In this document: piece by piece, positions 18,305 through 26,875 of the stretch
Layout of the letters: each line of letters begins with the position of its first letter
Position numbering within the stretch: position 1 is the stretch's first letter
IMG/VR virus record: IMGVR_UViG_3300033150_001117
Source of the DNA: an uncultured virus (IMG/VR IMGVR_UViG_3300033150_001117)
Taxonomy: Duplodnaviria; Heunggongvirae; Uroviricota; Caudoviricetes
Direction: 5' to 3' (one strand)
Length of the DNA: 64,000 nt
The notes under the pieces: generated by a model
Told to the model about the DNA's origin: nothing
The model's database searches: none
The model's input: only the letters and a program-made list of their open reading frames with translations
Position numbers and translations under genes: made by a program

Positions 18305-18513
18305 GTGCTGTAGCTGGCCACGTATTCGGCAAGAGGCTTTGCCGGCTCTTCAAGCTAGACCCGGCGAAAGTAAGGTGTATGAGGTTCAATGTGGACCCCG
18401 ACGAGATCGTGACGCTTACCATCGAGCGGGTCGTCGCGGCTGACGAGGCCGACGATTTGGGCAGCCTGCTCGAAGAGTATGATCTGCACAAAAGGGAGGA
18501 GCCAGAGGCATGA
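18301..18513 (+). CDS. hypothetical protein
   Basis: Coupled to neighbours by GTGA and ATGA overlaps. Confidence 0.5.
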   Translation: MSAVAGHVFGKRLCRLFKLDPAKVRCMRFNVDPDEIVTLTIERVVAADEADDLGSLLEEYDLHKREEPEA

Positions 18514-20804
18514 GCGTGATAGCCGAGGCGACGCAGGCGGCAAGGGACAGGACCGAGCAGGCCGTGTTCAGGCACCGGGCGGCGCCATCGTCGAGGCAGT
18601 CGATGCTGGCCGGGGGCGGGGTCATGCTCGGCGAGTCGCAGCTATCGGCGGGGCTGCTCGGCGATGGGGCAGCCGACCGCGAGATGTACAGCCACCACCG
18701 GGGCTGGACCTACGCGGCGATCCGCCCGATTGCCCAGACGATCGCCGGGCAGCCGGTGAGGGTGGGCAGGGAGCTGGGTCCGGGCGAGAGGCCGCGATCG
18801 GGGAGGCTGGCCCGGAAGGCGTCGTTGCCGGGCTGGCTCAAGCAGGCAGAGGTCGAGCAGTACGAGACGCACCCGCTGTTGGACGCCATCGCCAACCCGA
18901 ACCAGACGATGACCAAGTGGCACCTGCTGTACATGCTGCTCGGCTCGATGGAGATGACGGGCGAGCACCTCTGGTGGGTGGTCGCTGGCAAGGAGGGGCC
19001 GGTGATCTGGCCGGTGCCGTGGTTCGAGCCGGTGCACAGGGAGGGCGAGCCGTTCGCCGCCTGGTTGATTACGCCGGGCGGGCAGGGCGAGCCAGAGGAG
19101 GTCCCCAAGGAGGAGGTGGTCTATTTCAACTATCCGGACCTCGCCGACCCGCTGGGCTGCACGTCACCGGCCATAGCGCAGTTGAGGGCGATGTCGGCCG
19201 ACGAGGCGATGCAGGACGCTCAGGCCCAAACGTTCCGGAACGCCCCGTTCCCTAAGCATGCGTTGATCGTCGGCGACGTGACGGACGAGGAGGGAGAGAA
19301 CAAGGGGCGCCCCACCGTGGAGCACTGGCAGCGACAGCAGCTTTATGCCGAGTTCAAGAAGGCGTACACGCAGACGGCCCAGTTCGGCCTGCCGATCATC
19401 CTCGACAGGCTGATCCAGGACATCAAGCCGCTGTCGGTCAAGCCGCTGGAGATGGATTTCACCGCCAGCGGCAAGGTCACGAAGTCGCGGATTTTTCTGG
19501 GGCACGGGGTCAACCCGATAATTGCGGGAGAGATCGAGGGTGTGAACCGGGCATCGAGCTATATCGCGCGGCGCCACTTCGCTGAGCACTGCCTGAATCC
19601 CAAGATCGACCTGATCAGCGAGATCTTGACGCGAAGCCTGGGCCCGATCGTAGCCGCGGAGGGCGAGCGGCTGCGGGTGTGGATCGAGCCGTACACTCCC
19701 GACGACAGGGACGAGCGGCGGCGGGACCTGGACCTGGCTGCCAAGTACGGCAGCATCACCAAGGACGAGGTGAGGGGCGCGCTTGATCACCTCAACCTGG
19801 GGCCGATGGACGGCGGCGACGTGGTGGCCGCCCCGCCGATGCCGGGAGTCAATAGTCAGGGGTCAGGAGTCAGGAGTCAGGGGTCAGGGGTCAGGCTGTC
19901 CGCTCCTGACGTGTTCGCGGCCTTGGACAGGGAGGCGTGGGTCAAGGCGTGGCTGAAGGCCCACGGCCGGCACGAGGCGGGGTTGCTTGAGGACGTGCAT
20001 GCGTTATTTTTGGAGCAGCGCGACGCGGTGACGGCCAGGCTGTACGAGGTGCTGGGCGAGCTTGACAAGGCGGCGGGTGACGCCGGCGGGTTGGCCGAGC
20101 TCATTTTCGACCCGGACGAGTGGGAAGGCAGGCTGGTCGAGGTCTGCCGGCCGCACCTGGAGCGGGCCGCGGCGGTTGGGGCTGTGCGGACGCTGGAGCA
20201 GGTGAAGGCGATGAAGGCGGGGCCGAGCGTTGAGGACCTGTTGGTCCAGTTGTCCCCAGCCGTGCGGGCGAGGATCGACGCCGAGCTTGACACGCTGCTG
20301 TCCAGACCGTACTGGCCGGACGTGCAGCAGACGACAAGGGCGAAGCTGGCTGGGACACTCTCGGAGGGTGTCAGTAATGGCGAGTCGCTGCACGAGCTGG
20401 CGGCGAGGATCGGCGACGCGCCGACCGTGCCGGTGGTCGACCCGGGGGTGTTCCCTCCGGGCACGAGCTTCGGCAGCAACGCGGTTCTGGGCAGCGAGGC
20501 CAGCCGCCGGCGGGCCCTGCTGATAGCAAGAAGCGAGACGACCGGGGCGATGAACGCCGGGCAATTCTGCCAGCAGGAGCAGTTAATAAACGACGGCGTG
20601 ACGGACGGCATGGAGTGGCTGACGATCATCGACCAGTACACGCGGGGCAGCCACGCGGCCCTGAACGGCGCGAGAGCGCCCGGCGACTACCCGGTCGGCA
20701 AGTGGGACGTAGGCGGGCACGTCGCGCCGTACCCGGGGCATTATTCCCTGCCGGCGGGGGAGAGGGCCAACTGTCGATGCTCATTGGCACCTGTTGTGGA
20801 TTAG
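18510..20804 (+). CDS. portal protein fused to Mu gpF-like head morphogenesis domain
   Basis: Portal: YAAIRPIAQTIA, GVNP.IAG, TKDEVR; MuF: IARSETTGAMN, WLT..D..TR.SH..LNG, NCRC. Confidence 0.85.
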   Translation: MSVIAEATQAARDRTEQAVFRHRAAPSSRQSMLAGGGVMLGESQLSAGLLGDGAADREMYSHHRGWTYAAIRPIAQTIAGQPVRVGRELGPGERPRSGRLARKASLPGWLKQAEVEQYETHPLLDAIANPNQTMTKWHLLYMLLGSMEMTGEHLWWVVAGKEGPVIWPVPWFEPVHREGEPFAAWLITPGGQGEPEEVPKEEVVYFNYPDLADPLGCTSPAIAQLRAMSADEAMQDAQAQTFRNAPFPKHALIVGDVTDEEGENKGRPTVEHWQRQQLYAEFKKAYTQTAQFGLPIILDRLIQDIKPLSVKPLEMDFTASGKVTKSRIFLGHGVNPIIAGEIEGVNRASSYIARRHFAEHCLNPKIDLISEILTRSLGPIVAAEGERLRVWIEPYTPDDRDERRRDLDLAAKYGSITKDEVRGALDHLNLGPMDGGDVVAAPPMPGVNSQGSGVRSQGSGVRLSAPDVFAALDREAWVKAWLKAHGRHEAGLLEDVHALFLEQRDAVTARLYEVLGELDKAAGDAGGLAELIFDPDEWEGRLVEVCRPHLERAAAVGAVRTLEQVKAMKAGPSVEDLLVQLSPAVRARIDAELDTLLSRPYWPDVQQTTRAKLAGTLSEGVSNGESLHELAARIGDAPTVPVVDPGVFPPGTSFGSNAVLGSEASRRRALLIARSETTGAMNAGQFCQQEQLINDGVTDGMEWLTIIDQYTRGSHAALNGARAPGDYPVGKWDVGGHVAPYPGHYSLPAGERANCRCSLAPVVD
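19845..19895. repeat. in-frame heptamer array in portal-MuF linker
   Basis: Encodes GVNSQGSGVRSQGSGVR. Confidence 0.85.
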
Positions 20805-20813
20805 AACTGGCTG

Positions 20814-20843
20814 TTGACACCGCCCCGACTGGGGACATAGAAT
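20814..20843 (+). promoter_or_regulatory. sigma70-type promoter
   Basis: TTGACA-18 bp-TAGAAT. Confidence 0.5.
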
Positions 20844-21042
20844 GATGTTGGACCTGGGGCCGCCGAAGAACAAGCTGCTTGACGCGACCGAGTATCGGGC
20901 GGGCCGAGCGGTAGCGGGGTTGAAGGAGCAGATCCAGCGGATTGCCGGTCGGGACTTCTTCGGGCGGACGGCGGTGGAATTGTCCTGGGAAGCCGGGCAA
21001 CTCGTTTTGGTCAGGCAAAAGGTTGAAAGGACTGAGCGTTAA
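20842..21042 (+). CDS. small hypothetical protein
   Basis: 66-aa ORF between portal and protease. Confidence 0.5.
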   Translation: MMLDLGPPKNKLLDATEYRAGRAVAGLKEQIQRIAGRDFFGRTAVELSWEAGQLVLVRQKVERTER

Positions 21043-21100
21043 TCGCTGGCCGAGCTACACTGGGCCGGCCATTTGATATAACTGGGTGTCGGGAACACCG

Positions 21101-21140
21101 GGCCCGTAACCTCACGCAGGTTGCGGGCCTTTTTTCTTTT
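21101..21140 (+). terminator. intrinsic terminator
   Basis: GGCCCGTAACCT/AGGTTGCGGGCC 12-bp stem followed by TTTTTTCTTTT. Confidence 0.75.
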
Positions 21141-21153
21141 CCGGGAGCGAATC

Positions 21154-22614
21154 ATGGCGACGGCTGAGCTGGAGACGGTTGCCCCGATTTTGGAGAGCCT
21201 GCGGGGCCGGAGGCCGGACGGGAGGTGGGGCATTGGCACGGCTGGGAGCTACCTGGACGCGACGCCTCCCAACCTCTTCGGCGTCTCGCCCGCGGAGTGG
21301 CAGGAGGCCATGGAGAAGGCTGCCAACACGCTGACCTATTCCGAGCAAGGGGCGACCATCGAGTCGCTGCCGTGGAGCGTCCTGGGGGAGGATGGCCGCG
21401 ACCGCCTCAGCCGCAACATGGAATTGCTGCCGGTCAAGCGCACGGCAAAGCCGGCGGGACTCGACGGGTTCGTTCTGGTGTTCGACTACACCTTGACGAC
21501 GGTGGACGAGGACCGGGACTTCGACATCCTGGAGCCGAAGGGCGCGACGGTCGACATGCTGGGCCCGCTGCTGTTCAACCACGTCTCGGTGCAGCCGATC
21601 GGCAGGCTGGTGAAGCTCCTCAAGCAGAACAGCAAGCGGCTCGCCGAGCAGTCGGCGATCATGGACTTCCCGTTCGGCCGCGACGTGGCCCAGATGATCG
21701 AGTTCCAGGTGCTCCGGCGAATGTCGCACGGCTTCCTGCCGACGAAGTATGAGGAGCGCAGATCAAAGAAGGAAGAGGAGGACGTGCCGCTCGGCTGGCA
21801 CATCCTGGAGTACGAGATCATGGAGCGGTCCGTGGTGTCGGTGGCGAGCAATCGCGGGGCGATCATCGAGGCGTGGAACCTGCTGGGAGAGAAGGGCTTC
21901 CATGACAACCGGGTGAAGGGCTGGTTCAAGAGCGTCTACGAGGCGAGGCCCGTGATCGGCCGGGGCTTCACGCCCGATTCAAGCGACTGCGACCAGACGC
22001 CGCCCACTGACCCGGCGAGGGAGGCCGAACCGCAGTCGGTCCGGTGGCCGTCAAGCAAGTCGGCCAGTTCGACGGTAAGCAAGGGGACGGTCCCCGGGGA
22101 CCCGCCTGGCGGCTCGGGTGAGGGCGCCGAGGGCGAGTGGAGCAAGCTCAGGCTGAGCGACTTCACCGACGAGAACTGGGGCGACCTGTCGGCTGCTGAG
22201 AAGGGGAAGATCAAGAGGTATTTCGCTTGGCATGCCGGGACGGTCGAAACGTTCGACGACCTGAAGCTCGGCCACCATTTCCCGCCGGGCGGCGAGAACG
22301 CGGGAAAGGCGAGCCTCAACGGCGTCCGCAACGCCCTGGCCAGGGCGAACCAGGTGGACGGGATCGGCGATGATCTGGAGCGGGTGATGGAGCACCTGCG
22401 GGCGCACCTGCCGAAGAAGGGGTCAGGAGTCAGGAGTCAGGAGTCAGGGGACAGAGGTCAGGAGGAACCAATAGGCAAGGGACCGAAGGTCACCTTCGCC
22501 TGGTTGGCGGCTGCGGCGACGGAGGAGGAGTTGAGGCAGGCCAAGACGCTGATCGACGCCAGGTTGCGGGAGAAACGCAACAGACGGTGGCGGAGGCTGC
22601 TCGGTCTGGAATGA
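21154..22614 (+). CDS. HK97-type prohead protease with C-terminal extension
   Basis: DRDFDILEPKG, LLFNH..PIG, MSHGF, E.SVVSVASN. Confidence 0.8.
   Translation: MATAELETVAPILESLRGRRPDGRWGIGTAGSYLDATPPNLFGVSPAEWQEAMEKAANTLTYSEQGATIESLPWSVLGEDGRDRLSRNMELLPVKRTAKPAGLDGFVLVFDYTLTTVDEDRDFDILEPKGATVDMLGPLLFNHVSVQPIGRLVKLLKQNSKRLAEQSAIMDFPFGRDVAQMIEFQVLRRMSHGFLPTKYEERRSKKEEEDVPLGWHILEYEIMERSVVSVASNRGAIIEAWNLLGEKGFHDNRVKGWFKSVYEARPVIGRGFTPDSSDCDQTPPTDPAREAEPQSVRWPSSKSASSTVSKGTVPGDPPGGSGEGAEGEWSKLRLSDFTDENWGDLSAAEKGKIKRYFAWHAGTVETFDDLKLGHHFPPGGENAGKASLNGVRNALARANQVDGIGDDLERVMEHLRAHLPKKGSGVRSQESGDRGQEEPIGKGPKVTFAWLAAAATEEELRQAKTLIDARLREKRNRRWRRLLGLE
22419..22462. repeat. in-frame heptamer array in protease
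   Basis: Encodes GSGVRSQESGDRGQ. Confidence 0.85.
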
Positions 22615-22661
22615 GTCGGAGGCGACTCCGGCAAAGTGCTTTTTCAGAAGGGGGTTCCGAA

Positions 22662-24398
22662 ATGGAACTTACAGAAGCGTTGAAGAAGTGGGCCGTCGAG
22701 AACCTCGACGTGGCCGCCGATGCCTCCGACGACGAGTACAAGTCGGCGATTACCGAGGCGATTGCCGGCGGCTCGCTGACGGCCGGGAAGTACGCCGAAC
22801 TGATGGCGGAGGCCCCGGACGTAAAGGAGGAGCTGGGCGAGCTACTGGCCCAGGCCAACGCCCCGATGATCGCGGGGCTGAGCGAAATGACGCAGGCCAT
22901 AGGCACGCTGGCCGAGAAGATCGGCGAGAAGCCGGCGGAGCTTGGCGGCGTGGAGGGCGGCGAGGGGGCCGCCACGGCGAGATCGGCCGACGAAGCCGCT
23001 GACGAGTTCAACGACCGAGTCGAGCGCCGCGTCGACGAGATCATGGCCAGCCGCGGGAAGGCTGCGGCCGACCTGGGCGAGACGCGGGCCGATGTCGCCG
23101 CCTCGTTTATGGTGAAGGCCGCGGCGGGCCGGAGCAACCCGCGAGTGAAGGCGCCGGTCGAGGCGTACTCGCAGGAGCGCAAGACGGCGATCTGCCCGGA
23201 CTACATCAACGGAGGGAAGCGGCATCCGCTCGCCGGGGAGCCGGCCAAGCGGTTCAACCGCACGATGGAGCTCCCGAGCGAGGCGGACTTCGCCGTCATC
23301 GGGGCGTTCGCCAAGTACCAGTTGCTACGCGGCACGGTCGGCCCCACCGCGTGCGAGGCCCTGCTGTCCGAGCACGAGCGCAAGCTGATCCTCTACGCGC
23401 TGCACGAGATGAAGTGGACCGGCGTCGTCGGGGTGATGGGCGGGCAGGAGACGCGCATCGACCTGAGCGGCACGGAGGTCGACGACCGGAAGCTGACCCC
23501 GTCCGAGCGGAAGGCATTGCTGGACGACACGGTAAGCGGAGGCGGCTACGCCGTCCCTCGCGTGTTTGACGAGGCCATAGCGGGCGTCCCGATCCTGTTC
23601 GGCGAGCTGGCCCCGCTGGTCGACATGCAGAGCCTCCCGAGGGGCTCGGTCGTTGACGGGAGCACGTGGACCGATCCGAGCTTCACCGCCCAGACCGAGG
23701 GCACGACGTTCAGCCTGGTCGAGACGGCCAGCCTGATCGGCAACCTCGACACGAGCATCTTCGCCACCGTGGCGGGAATCGAACTGGGCCTGGACTGGGA
23801 GTCGGACACGCCGATCAACTTCGGCACGTACATCGTGCAGAGGCTCGGCATGAAGCTCAAGGAGTGGATGGACGAGCAGATCGCGGTGGGCGACGGCACG
23901 ACCGAGCCGCTGGGCATCCTGTCCGGGAACGTGAGCGGCATCAACACGGCCAACTCGGCCAACGGGACCGCCGGTCCATTCACGTTGGGCGACTTCGAGA
24001 AGCTGGCGTTCGGTCTGACGAAGGCCATGCGCAACAGCAACCCGAGGGCCTGCGTGTACGTCACGTCCGACTACATGTACCGGCAGGCCAGGGCCGTCCC
24101 GGTGGGATCGAGCGACGCCCGGCGGTTGCTCGGGATGAACCACCAGGCGTACACGATCCTCGAGCACCCGTGCAAGATTCAGGACTCGATCCCGAACGGG
24201 TCGATCGCGTTCGCCAATCTGAGCTACTACCGGATGTACCGCAGGCTCGGCATTCAGATCCGGAACGTGGTCGAGGGCCAGACCCTCGCGTTGAAGAACA
24301 CCAGGCTGATCATCGTCCGTGCCCGGTACGGCGGTCAGCCGATACTGGGGTCGTCGATCTGTACGATGACGGACGGCCCGACGAGCTACGGGAACTAG
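22662..24398 (+). CDS. major capsid protein (HK97 fold, long N-terminal delta-like region)
   Basis: SGGGYAVP, GDGTTEPLGIL, FANLSYY, ARYGG. Confidence 0.85.
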   Translation: MELTEALKKWAVENLDVAADASDDEYKSAITEAIAGGSLTAGKYAELMAEAPDVKEELGELLAQANAPMIAGLSEMTQAIGTLAEKIGEKPAELGGVEGGEGAATARSADEAADEFNDRVERRVDEIMASRGKAAADLGETRADVAASFMVKAAAGRSNPRVKAPVEAYSQERKTAICPDYINGGKRHPLAGEPAKRFNRTMELPSEADFAVIGAFAKYQLLRGTVGPTACEALLSEHERKLILYALHEMKWTGVVGVMGGQETRIDLSGTEVDDRKLTPSERKALLDDTVSGGGYAVPRVFDEAIAGVPILFGELAPLVDMQSLPRGSVVDGSTWTDPSFTAQTEGTTFSLVETASLIGNLDTSIFATVAGIELGLDWESDTPINFGTYIVQRLGMKLKEWMDEQIAVGDGTTEPLGILSGNVSGINTANSANGTAGPFTLGDFEKLAFGLTKAMRNSNPRACVYVTSDYMYRQARAVPVGSSDARRLLGMNHQAYTILEHPCKIQDSIPNGSIAFANLSYYRMYRRLGIQIRNVVEGQTLALKNTRLIIVRARYGGQPILGSSICTMTDGPTSYGN

Positions 24399-24501
24399 TG
24401 TCCCCCGGCGACCGGGGCTGCCAAGAAGCGGAGCCCCGGCCGCCGCCTTTTTCTTTCCTACTATACGAGTGCTGCGGCAAGCACGAAGGGAGGTTCCAGT
24501 T

Positions 24502-25065
24502 ATGGCGAAGTCAGCAGGCAATCCCGGCGAGATCGTGATCGAGCTGGACGACGGGCGCAACAGCAGGATCGAGTTCCCGCCCTTGATGGACTGGTTCCGG
24601 GGCAGATGGAGCCCGACCGGCCTGCCGCCCGGGAGCGCGTCGCGGGGGAGCACGTTGTGCCAGTTGGACATGCCGGGTCAGCGCATCGCGTTGGACGTTG
24701 CTAATCGGCAGGGCCGCGTGTTCGACCCGTTGGACGAGCCGGAGAACAAGGCGGCGCTGCAGATGTACGACGGGATCGTGCGGGCCAAGGACGCGCTGCA
24801 CAGGGGCAGCCGGGCTGTCCCGGAGCTGGTGCGGTCGCAGCTGCAGGAGGACGAGCTGGCGAGCTGGTGGTACTGGATGCACGAGATGGTCGTGGTGCGG
24901 AAGGTGGCCAAGCTGGTTTCCGGCTCGTTCGACAAGCAGCCTCCCGGCGATCCCAAGCTCGACTACTACAGCGTCGACCCGCACGTCCCGAGGACGTTGT
25001 CGGAGATGGAGCAGTGGCGGGCGGGCAAGTGGAGGTCGGGCAAAGCGAGGCCCGACGCCGACTAA
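24502..25065 (+). CDS. hypothetical protein
   Basis: GGGAGG RBS; follows MCP. Confidence 0.6.
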   Translation: MAKSAGNPGEIVIELDDGRNSRIEFPPLMDWFRGRWSPTGLPPGSASRGSTLCQLDMPGQRIALDVANRQGRVFDPLDEPENKAALQMYDGIVRAKDALHRGSRAVPELVRSQLQEDELASWWYWMHEMVVVRKVAKLVSGSFDKQPPGDPKLDYYSVDPHVPRTLSEMEQWRAGKWRSGKARPDAD

Positions 25066-25077
25066 CGGAGGTCAGCC

Positions 25078-26088
25078 GTGCGGATAGCTGTCGTTTACGC
25101 AATGCGGCCGGCGTGGCCAAAGATGGAGTGGGTTGCCGAGGCGTTCTCCAAGTTGGGCCACGAGGTCGCCCGCGTCCACTGTGCCGGGGCTCTGCATGCG
25201 GCAGCCGTTGAGTGCGATCTGGTCGTTTTTGAGCAGCGGTGCGCCGGGCTAAACTACGCCGACGTGGCCGAGATTGCTCCTGGCAGGCACGCGGCCTGGG
25301 CGCAGTGGACCTTCGACCTGATGGCGACGGAGCCCGGCCGGCCCCTGGCTGAGCAGCCGAACCTGGGTCACCGCACGACGAGCGGGAACCTGGAGCCGAC
25401 CGGCACGCTTCGGATGATGCGGCTAATGGACGTCACCTTGGTCAAGGAGCGGTCGCTTCTGGGCGAGTATGCCGAGCTGGGCGTCAACGCCCGCTGGCTG
25501 GACCAGGGCTGCCCGTCGTGGATAGGCCGGTGCCGGCACGCCGAGCGGCCGGAGTTCGACGTGTGCTTGTTTGCGAACTTCGGCTCGGCGGCAAAGCAGA
25601 GGCGGGGGGACGTCAAGGATCTCCTTCGATGCCGCCGCAGCATCGTGTGGGCCGGGCACCTGGGCGGTGATCCGCCGCCCGGGGTCCGGACCATTCCATT
25701 CGTGCCGCCGACGGACCTGCCTGCCGCGGCCTCCCGGGCGGCGGTGACTTTGTGCGTCGACCAGCGGAACGACGTGCCGGCATATATGTCGGACAGAACC
25801 TGGTTGGCGTTAGGGATGGGCGCATGCGTTCTTAGGCGATGGTCGCCGGGGCTCCCCAACAAAATGTGCGAAGTCTGCCGGCTCTATCGAACGAAGGGCG
25901 AAATGGAAAGGTTGTTGGCCGAGCTGTCGGCTGATCGTGAATACCGGCGTTATCTCGGCGAGCGATCGCGCGCTTGGGTCATGTCCAACCACACCTACGA
26001 GCACAGGGCGAGGCAGGTACTAAAGGAGGTGGAGAAATGCGGACGCCGGACAAGCGGAAGTGCCGCCGTTGCAACGGCCGGAGCGTGA
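25078..26088 (+). CDS. glycosyltransferase (GT-B, CgeB/Glyco_trans_1_2-like)
   Basis: LGHEV, LDQG, YMSDRTWLALGMG, V..NHTYEHRA. Confidence 0.75.
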   Translation: MRIAVVYAMRPAWPKMEWVAEAFSKLGHEVARVHCAGALHAAAVECDLVVFEQRCAGLNYADVAEIAPGRHAAWAQWTFDLMATEPGRPLAEQPNLGHRTTSGNLEPTGTLRMMRLMDVTLVKERSLLGEYAELGVNARWLDQGCPSWIGRCRHAERPEFDVCLFANFGSAAKQRRGDVKDLLRCRRSIVWAGHLGGDPPPGVRTIPFVPPTDLPAAASRAAVTLCVDQRNDVPAYMSDRTWLALGMGACVLRRWSPGLPNKMCEVCRLYRTKGEMERLLAELSADREYRRYLGERSRAWVMSNHTYEHRARQVLKEVEKCGRRTSGSAAVATAGA

Positions 26089-26171
26089 TCAAGGTCAAGC
26101 GGCGCGATGGATACGTGTTGCGGCCGTGCCCGGTGTGTGGCGGCAACGGCGCCGGCTACGCCACGAAGTGA
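26037..26171 (+). CDS. small DnaJ-like zinc-finger protein
   Basis: CRRCNG..CPVCGGNG; GGAGG RBS. Confidence 0.5.
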   Translation: MRTPDKRKCRRCNGRSVIKVKRRDGYVLRPCPVCGGNGAGYATK

Positions 26172-26183
26172 AAGGAGGCTGCT

Positions 26184-26495
26184 ATGGGAGGCGAGGTGGC
26201 GGTACAGGTGGGGGTCGCGGTAAGCGGCATCGTATTTCTGGCATCGGTCATCGCAAGCCAGGTGTCGCTGCACGTGAAGCTGACGAGGTTGGCGACCTGC
26301 CTGGACCAGATTAAGAAGAACGACCTGCCCCACTTGGCAGCGAGGCTTGAAGCGTTGACGGCCGAGTGCGTCGCCATGGGCAAGACGGGCGTGGCCATAA
26401 ACGAAAGGATAAGCCAACTGGAGCGGTGGCGCGAAAAGAGCGAAGGCAATCCGGCAACAAGCAAACCTGAACGGAAGGAGAGATCCGATGCGTAA
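26184..26495 (+). CDS. membrane protein (TM + coiled coil; holin/XhlA-like?)
   Basis: One N-terminal hydrophobic helix, NDLPHL, charged tail; AGGAGG RBS. Confidence 0.45.
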   Translation: MGGEVAVQVGVAVSGIVFLASVIASQVSLHVKLTRLATCLDQIKKNDLPHLAARLEALTAECVAMGKTGVAINERISQLERWREKSEGNPATSKPERKERSDA

Positions 26496-26862
26496 GGGAG
26501 CAAAGTTCTGGCTGAGCGTCTACGCCTCGGTGCTGAGCACGGCGGTGCTCGCGGCGATGTTGATGGGCGCGGCCGATTCGAGCAACCAGCCGCCTGCCCC
26601 GTGGCCCCGTGGCTACGCGCAGATGACCTCGCTGTCGAAAGCCACGTCGCTGACCATTCCGGCGAACAGCCACGCGGCTCTTATCCAAGCGGAGAGCCAG
26701 AACATCCGGCTAAGGGACGACGGCACTTCGCCGACGGCCAGCGTGGGATTGCGGATCATGGCCGGCGACACGCTGTGGTACGAAGGCGACCTCCGCAAGG
26801 TGGAGTTGATCGAGGAGGCAGCATCGGCGAAGGCGAACGTTCTGTATTACGCTCAGCATTAG
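26488..26862 (+). CDS. small beta-rich protein with signal-peptide-like N-terminus
   Basis: MRK + hydrophobic stretch; IRLRDDGTSPTASVG motif. Confidence 0.6.
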   Translation: MRKGAKFWLSVYASVLSTAVLAAMLMGAADSSNQPPAPWPRGYAQMTSLSKATSLTIPANSHAALIQAESQNIRLRDDGTSPTASVGLRIMAGDTLWYEGDLRKVELIEEAASAKANVLYYAQH

Positions 26863-26875
26863 CAGGAGGTGGATT

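Noticed and set aside
17049..24671. Long minus-strand ORFs (e.g. 17049-18575, 23325-24671)
   Set aside because: Antisense shadows of GC3-rich structural genes, Arg/Pro-rich and without motifs
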